This document shows, piece after piece, positions 62,501-64,000 of a DNA stretch of 64,000 nt. Source of the DNA: Amoebophrya sp. A120 (lineage: Eukaryota; Protista; Dinoflagellata). The stretch covers positions 9,369,979-9,433,978 of the forward strand of contig CAJINV010000003.1 in NCBI GenBank assembly GCA_905178155.1, read 5' to 3'. A model generated the notes under the pieces. It was given only the letters and a program-made list of their open reading frames with translations. It was not told the origin of the DNA and made no database searches. A program made the position numbers and the translations under genes. Every line of letters begins with the position of its first letter. Positions within the stretch are counted from its first letter, which is position 1.

Positions 62501-64000
62501 GGCCAGAGCTGCGCCGCCTTATCCCATTTGCGAATGTGCTCTCACATACACATAGGCTGCGTGGCGTTTTGGATTTTGTGGTCTAGATGCATGAAAGAGT
62601 ATACAATAGAGGCGCGCTCACGCAAAGCTGCTGCTTGCATTACAAGTTTAACTGCGGGCATTTTTAGTTTTTCTGTCAAAGAGATGCCCAAATTTGCCCG
62701 AATGCCGTGTTTGGTTCTAGTAAGGGTAGCGTTCACATCACGCGCATTTTCTGTCTTTCGCATGCGCATACCGACGTAATAAAACTTTTGTCACTTTCTA
62801 GCTCGACATTTCAGGTCGGAACGTTCTCCCGCCCAGCACGGCTGCAAGCCTTGGACCAAGAATTTAGTGAGCGCCCGCGCACTCGGAGGTGGAGGATAAC
62901 GAGAGCGTAAGGCATTTATATTTATCAGCTGCGCTTTTCGTTTTTGTTTTTGCTCCTTTTCCTTTTCTCTGTTTCCCTTTCCGCTTCCCGGGCCTCAGTG
63001 GCACCAAGCAGCTTTTCTTGTCTCTCTGAAATCGTTTTTTCTTCGCTTGCTTAGAGGTGGGAACAGCCTTCATGTCTGCCGGGCGGGGCGCTCGTACTCT
63101 CTGACGTCGTTCCCTTTACTTATCCATCATCCCGCGCCCTGCTACTCGTCATATCATCTTCTTCCACCCCGCTCTTGTCGCCGCGGAGGGTTTCGATGGG
63201 TAGTTATGGGTTTAGATGTTTAGGGGTCCTATTGGAATGCCCCGCAGCCACAACGCCCCGCGCGGTCGTCTGTCGTGCCGGCTCCGAAGAGCCGGCGCCT
63301 GGCTCGCGCCCCGACTCTGCCGCCTCTTTGCACGGCTATTGTTCCATTGGTCTCGTGCCGCTGTCGCTTCCAAGGATGATGTGAAGCGTGCGCGAGATAT
63401 AAGTCCAAAGCGCCGGCGTAGCAGTGCGTGGTGGTTTTCTTTACTCGAGGATGAGCTCATGGAGTCGCATTCTGCAACGGATTCATCCCAGTCATTCAAT
63501 GAGTGCGAAGCGTGTCGCTTTTTTTATTGTTTGAGTAGATCACTTACTTTGATTTGTACTAAACATGTGACCGGCGGCCTGTGAAGATTCTATCCAGAGC
63601 CGATTCATCCTGCCGTCCCGACGGCAAAGGTCTGGCACGGCTAGCGAAGATATCGACTCGCGCGAGAAGAAGCGAGCGCGCCAAAACATGTTGAAGCATG
63701 TGCCGCCGCCATGAGCTGCCTGCTCTTTCGAGCGTGCTTCCGGAGGGCGGGGCGTGCTGCCGCTCTTCGCTATCGCGATGTTGCCACGCCCTTGGATTCC
63801 ATTTGCTCCGCCGGGGCTGCGTTCTAAGCCCATCGCAAAGCGTCCCGACGCCGCGCCTGGCAGCAGTGCTGCGGCGTGGTTCGTGGGATGCCGTAAATCA
63901 CCGCGCGCAGGCTGCGCGCTCGGGCTTGTGGTCGGGTTCAGCGAGTGGCGCCGTTGCCACTTTTTTCAACTTGCCCGCGCCGCGGCCTGTGTGGTCGGGG

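Noticed and set aside
60842-63226. Telomere-like TAGGGTTT/TTTAGGG snippets near 60850 and 63215
   Set aside because: Only one or two degenerate units each, not an array.
56600-64000. Further genes or exons in the last 7 kb
   Set aside because: Only short ORFs with no recognisable motifs. Small exons may exist but cannot be supported from sequence alone.

Overview
Eukaryotic, protist-like DNA with three genes, all on the + strand. The ORF track shows them as fragments because they are interrupted by non-canonical introns. Twelve insertions of 169-362 bp begin with TA(T), end with ATA, carry terminal inverted repeats (TIRs) and are flanked by 5-bp direct repeats. Removing each element plus one repeat copy restores the reading frame every time, although none of these cuts has GT-AG ends. 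These are introner-like, MITE-derived introns of several families. They share a TAT-N7-AAAAA end pattern and a repeated internal YTGTVATGC motif. A thirteenth element (668 bp, 3-bp repeat, unrelated TIR) behaves the same way. This resembles the introner elements described in the parasitic dinoflagellate Amoebophrya (Syndiniales); the organism assignment is inference. Reassembly gives: (1) a 5'-truncated giant gene (<3..38701, 14 exons, at least 10,961 aa) encoding an IPT/TIG-repeat, Cys-repeat, multi-pass membrane protein; (2) an Nma111/DegP7-like HtrA protease with exons the ORF track misses; (3) a WD40-like protein gene. The last ~10 kb is repeat-rich and holds a TG-ended MITE, tandem duplications and hairpins. 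All coordinates were counted by hand.
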